A DNA stretch of 64,000 nt, from positions 70,618,001 to 70,682,000 of the forward strand of contig OX597830.1 of assembly GCA_951406725.2 (NCBI GenBank), given 5' to 3'. The notes below the pieces were generated by a model. That model searched no databases. It had not been told where the DNA came from and saw only the letters and a program-made list of their open reading frames with translations. The stretch comes from Octopus vulgaris (taxonomy: Eukaryota). The position numbers and the translations under genes are program-made. The stretch's first letter is position 1, and every line of letters starts with the position of its first letter. Shown in pieces: positions 13,931 to 27,925 of the stretch.

Positions 13931-14825
13931 TCACTCTCAAATTCCAGAAACAAACACTCATAACTCTGTATTCTTTTAAAACTTCATTGCATGAGATTGA
14001 TACCATGAAATTCCTCGAACTGACTTCTATCGTTTAAGTTTAATTAAAATATAGTTTGTTTTTAAAATGAAAAAGTTAATTATACTTAAATCCAATTTTT
14101 TACCTTATATTTTTTTCATAATATTTTACCTCAACATTTTTGATATGAATTTTTGCTGCATGAGAACAAAACTATGAAATTCCCCATGCTTTCTTCTATC
14201 ATTGAAGCAAAGGCAAATATAATTTGCTTTTAAAATAAATACAACAGTTATTTAGATCTAAACTTGATTGGTGGCATTACTTACTCTCTCTCTCCTATAA
14301 TGTTGCTACAAATTTTGATGTAAACTTTTTCTACTGGACCAAATCTCAATATTTCTTGTGCTAAAATGTAGCTAGGGACCAGTCCTCTTCAAAAATGTTG
14401 ACAGTTTTCAAATTGGTTAAGAATTGAATTAGCTACAAGCTCTGAAAGATGCTGCGTATGAATAAATTGCGGCCTTAAGAATATTATTCAACTACTACCG
14501 TTGTTGAATGATATATGTATACATGCAAAATGAGAGAAAGCAAAAGGCTGAGACATTCAGATGATGAATTGTTAAGTGTAAATATAAAGATAGTTATATT
14601 AATGGGTCCAACTTGAACAAAGTACAAAAGACAGAGAAAATTAAAGGGGTGGAAGAAAGGTGCTACAAGTATAACAGTTGTTTCTGGGGGCTCAGCGATC
14701 CATTGGTTGATTTAGTTCATCACAATATGTGGCCGTATGGACGCAATTAACATTTGATGTGACGAGTCTCCTGCATTATGGTAGAGAAGTTCTTAATGCT
14801 GAGAGCCTCTCTCTTTCTCTTTTTC

Positions 14826-14919
<94 letters not shown>

Positions 14920-15550
14920 ATTTAAGTTTCTTTAAGATAACGTTAGTGGTATGCAAATAAAGCTCCAATATCATTATGCCGGCCACCTAATTATACGGAT
15001 TAATGAGTTTTTTTGGGATTCCATCTCGGTTATATCGATATAATTTAAGATAAATAAAATAATAACAATAATTCTAGGAGGGAATTTCGAAATATATAAT
15101 ACATAGCTACGTACGTTTCCACAAATAACATGATTTTGACATCAGAGTCCGCACCTTGGGATACCGATGGAGGTGTGTATGGTGGGGTTGGATTTATTTA
15201 CTATTTCTTCTGCAGATTTTAAAGATGCTCATTCATTCAGCAGATTTAGGAATGGTAGTACATCTCTTTGTTCTATTTCATTCAAGACCTGATACTCCTC
15301 AATAAATTCTGAACCTGTTAGGTGGCCAGCTGCTACACTGTGGGGTTTGTGACCAAATTCATTAATACAACCCCCTCTTATGGTGACTTAGCCAGTGTTT
15401 CTGCTGTTGTAGTGTGTATCAATCTTAAACATTGATATTTTCATTTATTTGTTTGCGTTTTTCTCCATTCTATAATTAGTTACCGCTTTTCAAAATATTT
15501 TTTCTCACATTCCATGAACGATATTTTGTTTCTATGCTTACATGATACGA

Positions 15551-15770
15551 GTGGAGGCGCAATGGCTAAGTGGTTAGGGCAGCAGGCTCGCGGTCGTAGG
15601 ATTGCGGTTTCGATTCCCAGACCTGGTGTTGTGAGTATTTGTTGAGCGATAACACCTAAAGCTCCACGACGTTCCGGCAGGGAATGGTGGCGAACCCTGC
15701 TGTACTCTTTCACTACAACTATCTCTCACTCTCTCTTCCTGTTTCTGTTGTACCTTTATTTCAAAGGGCC
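15551..15770 (+). mobile_element. tRNA-derived SINE family C (3' truncated)
   Basis: GTGGAGGCGCAATGGCTAAGTGG (A box)...GTTTCGATTCCC (B box). Confidence 0.85.
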
Positions 15771-15811
15771 ACACACATACGCAAACAAGTTTATATACAT
15801 ATACACACATG

Positions 15812-15935
15812 ACAGGGTTCTTTCAGTTCTCGCCAGCCAAATCCACTCACAAGTCTTTGATTGACTGGAGGCAGTTAGACTGAACCAGGAACCATGTGGT
15901 TGGGAAGCAAAGTTTTTTACCACTCAATCGCGCCT
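15812..15935 (-). mobile_element. SINE family A 5' fragment
   Basis: CCAAATCCACTCACAAG...GGAACCATGTGGTTGG. Confidence 0.7.
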
Positions 15936-16320
15936 GTGTAGTCGCAGAGCCCCCTATGAAAAAAACACTGTTCACTCTAGTATGCCGTGTCGCACCATTT
16001 CTCATATACTGCACTGTATATGTTAGAATAACAGTAGCAAAATCATATACAAATCACACACTACTTACTTTAAGAAAAAATGACATCATTGGTTGATTCC
16101 CTTATCGGAAGCGATAATCACTGTTCTAAATAGACAAGTAGTGCTGATTATATGTGTATTCCATCAGAGATGAGCTGCAGTTGATACATAGCAACAACAA
16201 CAACAACAACCAAAATAGAAATAATAAACTCGATTATGAAACTGAAAATAGGTCTGTGCAATTTGCAAAATCGGAAGAGCGTCAGACAAAATATCTTGCG
16301 GTATTTAAGGTGCATGGGGA

Positions 16321-16600
16321 AGGCGCATGGGACAGTGGTTAGAGTGTCGAGCTTACGATAGTGAGGTTGTGAGTTCGAATCCCGGACTGGGTTACATGTT
16401 GTGTTCTTGAGCAAGACACTTTATTTCACGTTGCTCCAGTTCACTCAGCTGTAGAAAATGAGTTGCGACGTCACAGGTGCCAAGTTGTATCGGCCGTTGC
16501 TTTTCCCTTGGATAATACTGGTGGCGTGGAGAGATAAGGCTGGTATGCATGGGCGACTGCTGGTCTTCCATAAACAACCTTGCCCGGACTTGTGCCTGTC
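16321..16600 (+). mobile_element. tRNA-derived SINE family D with CORE-like segment
   Basis: AGTGGTTAGAG..GAGTTCGAATCCC..GTGTTCTTGAGCAAGACACTTTA. Confidence 0.8.
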
Positions 16601-16930
16601 CAAAGGGTGTCTCAGCATTTAAATTACACTTCTTTAAGTTCTGAATTCAAATCCTGCTGAGATCAACTTTGGTTTTCATACATAGAGTGGATAACATAAA
16701 GTAACAGTTAAATAAAACCTCATCCCCTCAATAATTGCTGTACTTGTGCAAAATTTAGAAACTATTATATAATTTAATCGGAGTGGATTGGCTGGATCGG
16801 TAGAGCACTGAACAAAATGACTTGTGGTATTTGTCTTTATACGAGTATATTGGAAAGTCAAGCATCATCAAAGTTTCATTTTACCTTTAATCATTTTCCT
16901 AAAGTTCTCTATTTACCTACGGTTTATAAT

Positions 16931-17292
16931 AATGAAGTGCCGGTCAAGTACTAAAATTTGTCGCGTAACACCTGTTTCTGTGTTTCGAAGTTCTGAGTTC
17001 AAACTCCATCGAATTCTACTTTGCTTTTCATAATTCCAGGATCAATAAAATGAAGTGCCGGTCAAGTACTAAAATTTGTTGCGTAACACCTGTTTCTGTG
17101 TTTCGAAGTTCTGAGTTCAAACTCCATCGAATTCTACTTTGCTTTTCATAATTCCAGGATCAATAAAATGAAGTGCCGGTCAAGTACTAAAATTTGTTGC
17201 GTTACACCTGTTTCTGTGTTTCGATGTTCTGAGTTCAAACTCCATCGAATTCTACTTTGCGTTTCATAATTCCAGGATCAATAAAATGAAGT
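16931..17292 (+). repeat. Tandem repeat 3 x 118 bp derived from a family B SINE body
   Basis: AATGAAGT starts at 16931, 17049, 17167, 17285; the three units are near-identical. Confidence 0.95.
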
Positions 17293-18011
17293 ACTGAGTC
17301 CATAAAATCCACCATACCCACCATCCTACAAATCTGTAAATTTATATCTATGTTAGAAACCAATTTCCAGTATTTAACATTCTGAGTTCAAATCATAACG
17401 AGGTCTACGTCCACTTTCATCCTCGACCAGTCAATACAATAAAGTACCAGTCAAATATGTACTTATATTGGTTTAATTGACTACGTCTCTAACGCCCAAA
17501 CGTGAGTCCTTGTTCCGCTGTAAGAAATAATTATACAGCTTAAAATATATGTTTTCGAATGAATGTAGTTGCTAGTGATATCAAAACCACACAAACATTG
17601 ATGGTGATATCGCAACTATGTGCGTGACCTTTTGGTGTATTGGTACGAGAGAAAAAAATTTTCAGCGTTTCTTATCCATAAAATAAGTTTATCCATAAAA
17701 TATGACCATGTAATATTGCTAAGATCGATTTATTCGATGATATCAACTAAGCCTATAAAAAAAATTTTGTCCTTGTATCTTATAACAAAAAAAATCATGT
17801 TTATATTCAGTTTGTCATAGAAAATTATATACAACTGACTGAAACGGTTCATATATGCATACGCAGACAGATACACATCTAGACAGCGGGAGACCCAGAC
17901 ATAATATATGTATGTATGTGTATGTTTGTGAATACATGTATATGTATGTATGAATACACATACGCACATATACAGAGATATATATGTATGTATATAAATA
18001 CATACATATAC

Positions 18012-18071
<60 letters not shown>

Positions 18072-18078
18072 CTGTATG

Positions 18079-18118
<40 letters not shown>

Positions 18119-18239
18119 GTTTATATAATATAGTATGTGTATATGTGCTGTGCACGTATATATGTAATATGTATATGAAGATATGTGTATGTATGCATAT
18201 ATTTGTGTAAATATACATGTATATCTCTGTGTATATGTA

Positions 18240-18278
<39 letters not shown>

Positions 18279-18279
18279 G

Positions 18280-18311
<32 letters not shown>

Positions 18312-18329
18312 CATACATATGCATGTATG

Positions 18330-18379
<50 letters not shown>

Positions 18380-18861
18380 GATGTGTATATTATATATATA
18401 TGTGTGCATATATACGACACACGCATACACATGCACACACATAAAGCAGTGGATACATAAATATACATGCTTATATAACATGTATTCCAACTGTCTGTGC
18501 GCTATACACGTATATGTGAGAGAAATGCATAATCTGGTTTCGATTTTTCCATTCGATTTGTCCCCATTGCCCTTCAGAAGGACATGAAAGTCACATTTCC
18601 ATGCCGGCTAAATAAGTAATTATAATCCGCCCCAACGCCATCAACCTCGGCATTATCAATAGTGTATTTATATTAATATGAAAATGATAATAATGATGAT
18701 GATGTGATGATGCCTTTAATAATAATAATTACCATTGCAGTATATGCATATGAATATATGTAATATATGCATGTATTCAAGCACAGACACCTATGTGGGG
18801 TGTAGGTGCGTGCGTATGTTTATATGTATATATTTTGTGTATATATATATATATGTATGTA

Positions 18862-18902
<41 letters not shown>

Positions 18903-18933
18903 ATTCAGACATATATATATATATATATATATA

Positions 18934-19028
<95 letters not shown>

Positions 19029-20704
19029 ATATATATATATATATATATGCATCACTGATGCATATGTGTAGACATGTAACGTACATGCATGATGCGCAAG
19101 AATGTTTTAAACTATATATATATATGCGTATAAGCTTATATACGTGTGTGCACGGAGGTTTTTGCATGTGTGAGTTTTGAGGGTAAGTGCTATTATGTGT
19201 GAGTGTGCACGTGTATTAAAATTACACCAATATTGCATAGAAATAGGGATGATTACAAAGGCTGAAACATGCAATTTTGGATAAAAAAATATAAAAAGCA
19301 TACATACATGCATGCGCACACACATATTTACACGCGCACAGACGCGTAAAAATATATACAAAGATGCATATATATATATACGTATATTATAAATACGACC
19401 GTGTGTATATATAGAAACATGCATGTATATACACATTGGAAATGAAAGAGCCACACAGACATAGTAACGTAGACATACAGCACTCGTACATACGCACACA
19501 CACACACACAGATGCACACACACACACAGATGCACACACACACACACACACAGATGCACACACACACACACACATATGCACACACACACACACACACTCA
19601 CACACCTGTGTAAGATATGCAAAATTTCATTAAAAGGAAATGAGATGGATAGATAGAAAGCTAGATAGATAGATAGCTAGGCAGATAGATAGATAGATAG
19701 ATAGACAGAATTAGAAAGAGGGGGAGGCGGAGGAGGAGGAAAACAGTAAGAGAAAGTGAAAGTAGAAAAGCGGGAAGGGGATGTAGGAACATTGAATAAC
19801 TACATATCAGGCAGTACATTTTGTATGCAAATAATCAAGGACAATTTTTTTTATAGCCAAAATATGCACGAAGACTGGAATTTTAATCCTAGAGAATCCC
19901 TGAAAAACATTTCATTCGAGGCAAGAAGAAGATTTCAAAGACAGCCAAAGATATGAAACAAGGAATATTCTATGTAGTTAACATTTACGAGAAATTATCT
20001 TTGTTAAACTAAAAACAAGAACTACAGCGAAGAATTTTTTCTTTGCTGTAACTTCTAATTATATATGTAGATGTGAATGGTTGTGTAAGTGTAAATGGAA
20101 TCGCGTAGGCTGATTGTGTTTATGTCGGCTTGTATGAGCGTTTGAGTTTGCGTGTGTGCGAGAGAGTGAGTATGTATCTAAAAGTGTGTGCGCGTGTGTG
20201 TGTGTATGAGCGTGTGTGAGAGTGTGTGTGTGTATATCCATGTACTCACATTTGTATGCATACGCATGTATATGTATATGCTTTTACACGCTCTCATATA
20301 TATATATATATATTTGTACACATAGACACACACATATATACACATACACACAGACACATATATGTATACTCACACATTTATATATATATACATATACATA
20401 CAAATATATATATATTTGTATATACACACACACGCATATATATATAGGTGTATGTATACAAACATATGCATATGTGTGTGTGAGTGTATATACACATACA
20501 CATATATACTATATACACGCAGTCACGTATAGATACATACAAAACATAAATACATAGATTCATGCATATATACCCAGAAACATACATGTATACACACATG
20601 CATAAATGCACACATTCAAAGATGGATATGTATATATATATACATACATAAGTACATACACATGTATATACACACATATACACAATACTAAAAATGCATG
20701 AGTA

Positions 20705-21665
20705 TCTTTCCTGAAGACTGAAGAAGACATGAAGTGCAGCATCTCTTGAACTCATGACCAATACATCACACTACACTTCGAAGGCTTTGCATTTGCAATC
20801 CAAGAACACGAGATTGCTACGAAATACCAGTAAAGAACGAGACAGCGAAACTCTTGGAGGTCCTAGATCTGACCCAAAATGTAGATTATCTCATATTTCC
20901 GAGGGAGACATCATACATGTGATTAGCAGCAGATCAAAAATGTTATCAAGATACTAATTCCTTATGCGACATGACGTTATCGCTAAGACAATACACAATG
21001 CCATTCGGAAGAAAAAGGCTGTCCTGGAATAACTTTAGAGAATTCCCTTGTTATTGAATACACATGCAGACATCGACACAAGAAACACTAGTGGAATATT
21101 TCTATCAAAACAGCTGTCAGGAGTTTAATATAACAGGTCTGATATTGTTGTTTGGAACATACAAGAAAAAACATTTACCATCATAGGGATCAGCTATGTT
21201 GCTGATGCGAATGTCTCTTTGAAAATCAAAGAGAAACATAACAGCTACAGACAACTGCTTCGAAAACTCTTTTACTCTTTTACTTGTTTCAGTCATTTGA
21301 CTGCGGCCATGCTGGAGTACCGCCTTTAATCGAGCAACTCGACCCCGGGACTTATTCTTTTTAAGCCCAGTACTTATTCTATCGGTCTCTTTTGTCGAAC
21401 CGCTAAGTGACGGTTGGCCCGAGGCTATAGTAGAAGACACTTGCCCAAAGTGCCCAAAGTGCCCAAAGTGCCACGCAGTGGGACTGAACCCGGTACCATG
21501 TGGTTGGTAAACAAGCTACTTACCATATAGCCACTCTAGCTTTTTTGTAACTAGATAAGATAGGGATTTTAGAAAAAGAAATCAACCAACTCGCAACTCG
21601 CAAATCACAAATACAATCTGCTGGTAGAACAGTAAAACTATGCAAAACTATTCTCAAGTTTGAAA
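20705..21665 (+). mobile_element. R4/Dong-clade LINE 3' fragment interrupted by a SINE
   Basis: FAIQEHEIATKY..DPKCRL..IHVISS..MRHDVIAKTIHN..NRSDIVVWN. Confidence 0.8.
21267..21536 (-). mobile_element. SINE family A, internally deleted, with triplicated TGCCCAAAG
   Basis: High similarity to 52034-52471; lacks the microsatellite block. Confidence 0.9.
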
Positions 21666-21824
21666 TGTAACATTGTTTTTCTTACCTACATTCAAACAAT
21701 GGAGGTTTGTATTTTTGTTAGAAAACAGCTCCTTCCTCAGAGCAAGAACTTAAATAATTTCAATCAGAAGATAACATACACACAAACATACATTCACGCA
21801 TGCATGCATGCATACATGCATTGT

Positions 21825-22546
21825 GATGCCAGAGATGCGAGAGCATAGCGGGAACCTAGTTTCAATGTGGTTAGACTACAAGAAAGCCTTTGAGTCTGTT
21901 CCCTACTCATGGATGCTCGAAGCCCTTCAACTTGCTAAAGTTTCAGTGAGAATGATGAAAGCCATACCTGATCTGACTTCATCGTCGGCCACCATCTTGA
22001 AATTAAACACAAAGAGTAACTGTATTATCACCGATAGAATACAGTATCGCATAGGCATATTCCAAGGAGACAGCCTCTCTGTGATGTTCTTTATACTTTT
22101 TGTAAACCCCTTGTCATTCATGTTAAGGAAGTCTGAAGGATATCTCACTGGTTTACAAGGAAACAGAAATACCAGAATTACTGTATCTTTGTGAATGACT
22201 TAAAACTTTATGCAAAGAATATGCATGAGATGAAAAAAAGCTTTGACCTGGTTAAAACTTCTCAAAGGATGTAGGGTTGGAGTTTGGTCAGGATAAATCT
22301 TGTTATATGATTGTGAAAGGGGGGAAAACTAAACCAGACTAGTAACATCTCCATCAATGATTTGACCGTTTCCCCTGTATCTGACGAGGAATGCTACAGG
22401 TATCTAGGAGTGGGTGAAAATATATCTTACAATGGCACCTGTAACAAAACTTATGACCCTAAAGAATATTACAGCAGAATAAAGAAAATTTGGAACTCAG
22501 AATTCTCTACATTCAATAAAACAGTGGCCCACAATGTGTTTGCAGT
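21825..22546 (+). mobile_element. R4/Dong-clade LINE reverse transcriptase fragment
   Basis: WLDYKKAFESVP, GIFQGDSLS, FVNDLKLYAK (decayed F/YxDD), YRYLG. Confidence 0.9.
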
Positions 22547-22975
22547 GTGAAATTAACAGCGGACCTTGAAACAATCCAGAGAAGATTCACAAAGAAGTTC
22601 GTCTCTTTGCAACTGCTCAGCTACTGGGAAAGGCTGAAACAGCTAAAATTCTACTCCTTGGTGAGAAGGCGTGTGAGGTATGCAGTAATATACATCTGGA
22701 AGATCCTAGAAGGAATTGTGCCAAATTTTGGCATTGAAAGCTACACCAATGTCAGAACGGGACGACACTGCATGGTGCCAAAGATCCCAGCAACGCCACC
22801 GCGCTTCAGGCCCAGTTACTGCAACAGCCTGGGTTTCAGGGGCTCACAGCTTTTTAATATTTTCCCAAAGAGCCTGAGAAACCTGCACAATGTATATGTA
22901 GGTGTTTTAAAATCAAAGCTGGACCTTTTCCTGTCGAGAATCCCAGTTGAACCTACCTCACGGCAAGAGGTGCAA
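22547..22975 (+). mobile_element. CR1/L2-group LINE ORF2 C-terminal fragment
   Basis: LETIQRRFTK..SYWERLKQLKFYSLVRRRVRYAVIYIWKILEG..LFNIFPKSLR..KSKLDLFL. Confidence 0.85.
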
Positions 22976-23199
22976 AGGTGAAACTAGTGATACTCTAAAA
23001 ATGAACATAATCAAAGAATTGAAAACTACAGGTCTCAGTATGGAACACCGATTATACCTCCCAAAAATTAATATTGATAATAAAAAAATATCGATAGTAA
23101 ATAGCATGAACCTAGCCGCCACGGAACTAATAGCCACAGAAACAAATCTCAATGTGACCAGGCTAAATGGTATAATACATGTAGTATACACACAATTGG

Positions 23200-23909
23200 T
23201 TAATGGTTTCAACAGTCTGGGCAGCCGTGTGTGGGCGTGCATTGTCGTGCAACAACAAAACTTTCTTCGACAACAGGCTTCGGCGTTTGGTGCAAATTGC
23301 TGGCTTCAGTTTGTTGGCCAGCAAAGCACTGCATCTTTCAATGTTGATCGTACATCCCTATTCCAGATAGTCTTCCAATATAGGCCATTTTGAGTCCCCG
23401 AAAAGGGTCAGCGTCACCTTCCCCGCGGAAGACTGAGTCTTGAATTTCTTCGTCGGTGGTGAGCCAGGATGTTTTCACGCCATACTCTCTTTTCGATACT
23501 ACCTTATAATGATGGACCCACGTTTCATCTCCTGCGACTATTTTGCCCAAAATTCCTCGCCGTCATTGTTGTAGTGATCGAGTAAAGGTTGGTGAAGCTC
23601 AAGACGTTCGCGCTTGTATTCTCCAGCAAGCACTCTTGGCATCCATCTAGCACAGACTTGATTCTCAGCAACTGACACAGCTTCCGATTAGAGAAAGCGA
23701 ATCACTGCTTTTTGTTCTTCTTTTGTGCACATTGCTAGTGGAGCGGCCATGCTTACACTTTAAAGCTAAAAAGAAAAATGGCGTGATCAGGCTCAAACTT
23801 CCATCACGTAACCACAATAGTACCAACTATAGGCGCGCATGCGCGAAAGGCAATGTCACAATGATAAAGATATGTCATGGCGAAAGTGCGGATAATTTTG
23901 ATTTGCCCT

Positions 23910-23910
<1 letters not shown>
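23200..23910 (-). mobile_element. Mariner transposon fossil with 5' TIR
   Basis: MAAPLAMCTKEEQKAVIRFL*, VCARWMPRVL, IVAGDETWVHHY, LLHDNARPHT; TIR-like AGGGCAAATCAAAATTATCC abutting (TA)n. Confidence 0.9.
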
Positions 23911-23962
<52 letters not shown>

Positions 23963-24125
23963 GTATATATTTGTGGTGTCCTGTACTCATATATATATAT
24001 ATATGCATGTATATATACATGTAGATGTAAGTATGTACATATATGTATGTATATATGCATATATTTTATTTATTTATTTATTATATTACTATATGACCGA
24101 ACGCACGCGTTATTTCTCTCTTCCA

Positions 24126-24169
<44 letters not shown>

Positions 24170-24540
24170 TAGGTATTGTTGTGTAGTTAAGAAGCTCGCT
24201 TTGCAATCCTTATCATCATGGGCTTTTGAGCTCAGTTTGACAGTAGGGCAAGTGGTCTCTAATACACCTTCGACGACCATTGCATTGTGATTGAATTTTG
24301 TCTGCGGAAACTGTGAGGAAGCCTGTCTTATCTGTGTGTGTATGTGGGGGTGGGGCATATTTCTGTTCTCCCCATCATCACATGACAGTCGGTGCTGGTT
24401 TGTTTCTGAGTTCAGCAAAATTCGCCGATAAAGTAAGTAGTAAATTTAATATATAAGAATTGTGATCGATTTGTTCGACTAAACCCTTCAAGTATCGGCC
24501 CTAACATGGTTGTAGTAAAGGACTGAAAATATTTAAAGAT
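24170..24540 (+). mobile_element. SINE family A (old copy)
   Basis: GGGCAAGTG..CGGAAACTG..GAAGCC..GATTTGTTCGACTAAA. Confidence 0.7.
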
Positions 24541-24565
24541 GAAAGATATATATGTATATATAAAG

Positions 24566-24649
<84 letters not shown>

Positions 24650-24849
24650 ATATACATATATACACACATATACACGCAACTGTACATACAAATACACACA
24701 CACACTTCTGCATATATATTCGTACACATTTACACTCGTATGCATATATTTTTTGCATTCAGAAGCACGTAGACAAATAAAGCATATTCATAGCTCAACC
24801 TTTTAAAAAGAACATCATAAGAGAGATTAAAAATGCAAGCAACGATTTT

Positions 24850-25047
24850 GATGGTGATGATGATGATGACGATGATGATGATGAGGAGGAGGAGGAGGAT
24901 AAGGAGAAGGATGATGATGATGATCATCATCATCATGATGAGGATGATGATTATGGAAGGGTTGGCGGTGATGATGACGGCGTTCATAATGATATTTGTG
25001 GTGATGATGATGATGACGAGAACGATGATGATGATGATGATGATGAC

Positions 25048-25082
<35 letters not shown>

Positions 25083-25255
25083 CGACGACGACGATGATGA
25101 CGCGATGACTGTGGTGGTGGTGAATGGATTTTGTGATTATGATTCTGATGACGACGACGACGATGTCGACGATGACGACGATGGCGATGACGATGGAGAC
25201 GACGATGACGATGACGATGGCGACGACGATGATTATGACAGTATGACGGCGATGA
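24850..25255. repeat. Compound (GAT/GAC/GAG)n trinucleotide tract
   Basis: Direct reading; source of the poly-His/Met/Asp ORFs. Confidence 0.9.
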
Positions 25256-25618
25256 TAGGAAGTGTAAGCGTGCAATGCGAATCATAAAAGAAGGCATTAA
25301 ACTTTCTTTTTGCTTCGCCTTTCGCACTTTTTGTTTGTTTGTTTTGTTTTGTTTGATTTCTTATTCCGTTTGTTGTTGTTGTTGTTCTTCTTCTTATTAT
25401 TATTTTGTTGTTGTTGTTATGGTTGTTGTTGTTATTGCTACTCTATAATCATTGATGTAAGCATTCTTCTTTGAGTAAGTGAGAGAAATAGAAAATAAGA
25501 AAGAAAGAAAAAAAAAATCTAAATATAAACATAGAAATAATATCGATTAAGAAAACACAATATTTATTGGTAGTTGGAATCGACATTTCCAAATGACAGT
25601 TCCATTTCCAAGCCAAGC

Positions 25619-25673
<55 letters not shown>

Positions 25674-25829
25674 GCAATAATAATAATAATAATAATAATG
25701 ATAATAATAATAGCAATAATGATGATGATGATGATGATGATAATGATGAGGATGATAGTAACAACAACAAGAACAAGAGTAACAACAGCAACAACAAGAA
25801 CAACCACAATAATAACAACAACAACGACA

Positions 25830-25892
<63 letters not shown>

Positions 25893-26552
25893 GTTTTACA
25901 TTTAATTTTCACTCATTTTTCTTCATACACACATCTACCCATAATCGTACACAATCACATCTCTCTCTCTCTCCTTCATTCTCTTTTCTCTCTCTTTCTT
26001 TCTTTCTTTCTTTCCCTCGGTCTCTCTCTGTCTCTCTCTCTCTCTCTCTCACTCTTTATATGTTTCCCCCATTCCTCTTTTATGAGAATTTTGACATCTT
26101 ATCTCCTTTTTTTTTCTTTTTACTCTGTTTCTCTGTTGTTGATAATTTTTTTACATTCCCCATCTCTCCAACTTTTCTCAAACATTTCTTGTTATGAATT
26201 TCTAATCGCTGCTAAAACATCAATAATGCGTCTTCTTTTCTCCATCAACTACCACCTGCGACACACACACACACACACATATATGTGTGTGTGTGTGTGT
26301 TTACATATATATATACATAAACACATATATACATACATACATAGACACACAAATACACATGTACATATATATATATATATACATGTACATATACATATTC
26401 ATATATGTGTGCGTGTGTGAGTGTGCATGTATGTGTGTGTGCGCGCACATGTGTAGAGGTTCAAATGTTGCATTTTCTCAGTGAAAGAAGCGAATACTCA
26501 AATACTTAATATACGGCATAGAATATATTGTTTATTTAAAATAAATTGTTCT

Positions 26553-26595
26553 CCTCGTTATTCGAGTTTCACGCCATCGCGATCTTCAGGCGAAA
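26553..26595 (-). ncRNA. Mutated minimal hammerhead
   Basis: Minus strand: TTTCGC-CTGAAGA-T-CGC(GATG)GCG-T-GAAAC-TCGA-ATA-ACGAGG; two G>A changes would restore GUA and stem I. Confidence 0.55.
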
Positions 26596-26599
26596 TTTG

Positions 26600-26885
26600 T
26601 CTTCTTCTGGTCTGACTATCTGTATGGTCACACAAACGAGAAAACTGAAAATGAACCCGACCGTTCTCAAAATTAAGTGAAAAAAAAAAAAAACGGAAAA
26701 TTAATCCAGAATACTTGTCGTGTTCCGGACTGATCCCAAAATCTAGTTAGTTCGTGTCAGTCACGATGCAAAACATCCCTGAAAGTTTCACCTGAATCTA
26801 TACAGCGGTTTTTGAGATATCTTGTCCACAAACAAACAAACACGAATGAAAACAATAATTCCGCCTTCGTTAAGGCGGAGGAAAT
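26600..26885 (+). mobile_element. Helentron/DINE-1-like non-autonomous element
   Basis: (AAAC)n tract followed by terminal hairpin CCGCCTT-CGTT-AAGGCGG and AAT repeats. Confidence 0.55.
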
Positions 26886-27284
26886 AATAACAATAATTTC
26901 AACAATAGGTACAAGGCTTATGGGTTACATTAGCTGCAGTGCTCAGTTGGTCTTCTATCCACCCTGAAAGGATGAAAGGCAAAATCGTTCTCTGGGGCAT
27001 TTAAACAACGAACGTAAAGAGTTGTAAGAAAACGATTTTCTCTGGAGCGGCAAAAATTCTACCATCTCATAATGATAATATTTTTTCTGTTGTCTCTGGA
27101 AGAATCGTATCGAGCGAGAAAACATTGATCAGCAACGATGTAAATAACTGGGTTCGTTAAATAAATATACTCTACATTATGTACTGAGTACAGTTTCGCT
27201 AATTTGTTAAGCTAACTTACACTCACACACATTCATATTTATATAGATATATATTATAACAATTGATGTTAACATTGGTTTCAC

Positions 27285-27455
27285 ATTTTAGCACAAGGCC
27301 ATTGGTAGTAGTATTCCATTGGTACTTATTTTATCGCTTCCGAAAGGATGAAAAACAAAGCCGACCACGGCGAAATTTGAATTCAGAACGTAAAGAAGGA
27401 CAAAATGCCGCTACGCGTTCCATCCGGCGTGCTAATGATTCTGTCAGCTACCCAC
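27285..27455 (-). mobile_element. SINE family B (diverged); another copy at about 26900-27070
   Basis: GGTACTTATTTTATCG..GAAAGGATGAAA..AATTTGAATTCAGAACGTAA. Confidence 0.7.
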
Positions 27456-27605
27456 GTTGCAATTCATGTTAATATTGGTTGCTTAGTTTGTTGCATTATC
27501 CGGTCACGCATCCATCTTATACAAACATGCGGAGAGAGAGAATGAAGGAGTGATACTGCCATAGTCAACATAAGTATGCAGGATGAGTGCACGTAAGAGG
27601 CTTGA

Positions 27606-27925
27606 TCTCTTCTTGTCTTGAGACAGCATTCACCCGATGTGGGTTGAGCTGGCTTCATTCATCCTCAATGCTGCATCTCTCACAAACGCCAACCAGACCT
27701 GGCGATTTGAGGCAAACGACCGCGTGATATCCAACCACTCCTTATTCTAGCGGCGAACACCGTAGATATGGGGGCCTAGGTTGGGTTCCAGATCAGCCTT
27801 GACTATCATCAGCCAGATTTTTCGTTGTCCACCTCATCGCTTTCGCCAACCTTGAAGGGGAGCTGGGGCAACTGCTTCGTAGATGAATTCTCCTGGTTGA
27901 TGACTTAAGAGGCTTGATGGCAAGC
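27606..27925 (-). mobile_element. RTE-clade LINE 3' end
   Basis: GWRKR*GGQRKIWLMIVKADLEP..GVRR*NKEWLD..ASNRQVW; CAAGA-type tail. Confidence 0.75.

Noticed and set aside
16931-17292. CRISPR-like array
   Set aside because: Whole units are duplicated with no unique spacers; SINE-derived; eukaryotic context.
24730-26420. Poly-His, poly-Asn, poly-Ile ORFs up to 275 aa
   Set aside because: Trinucleotide repeat artefacts with no domain content.
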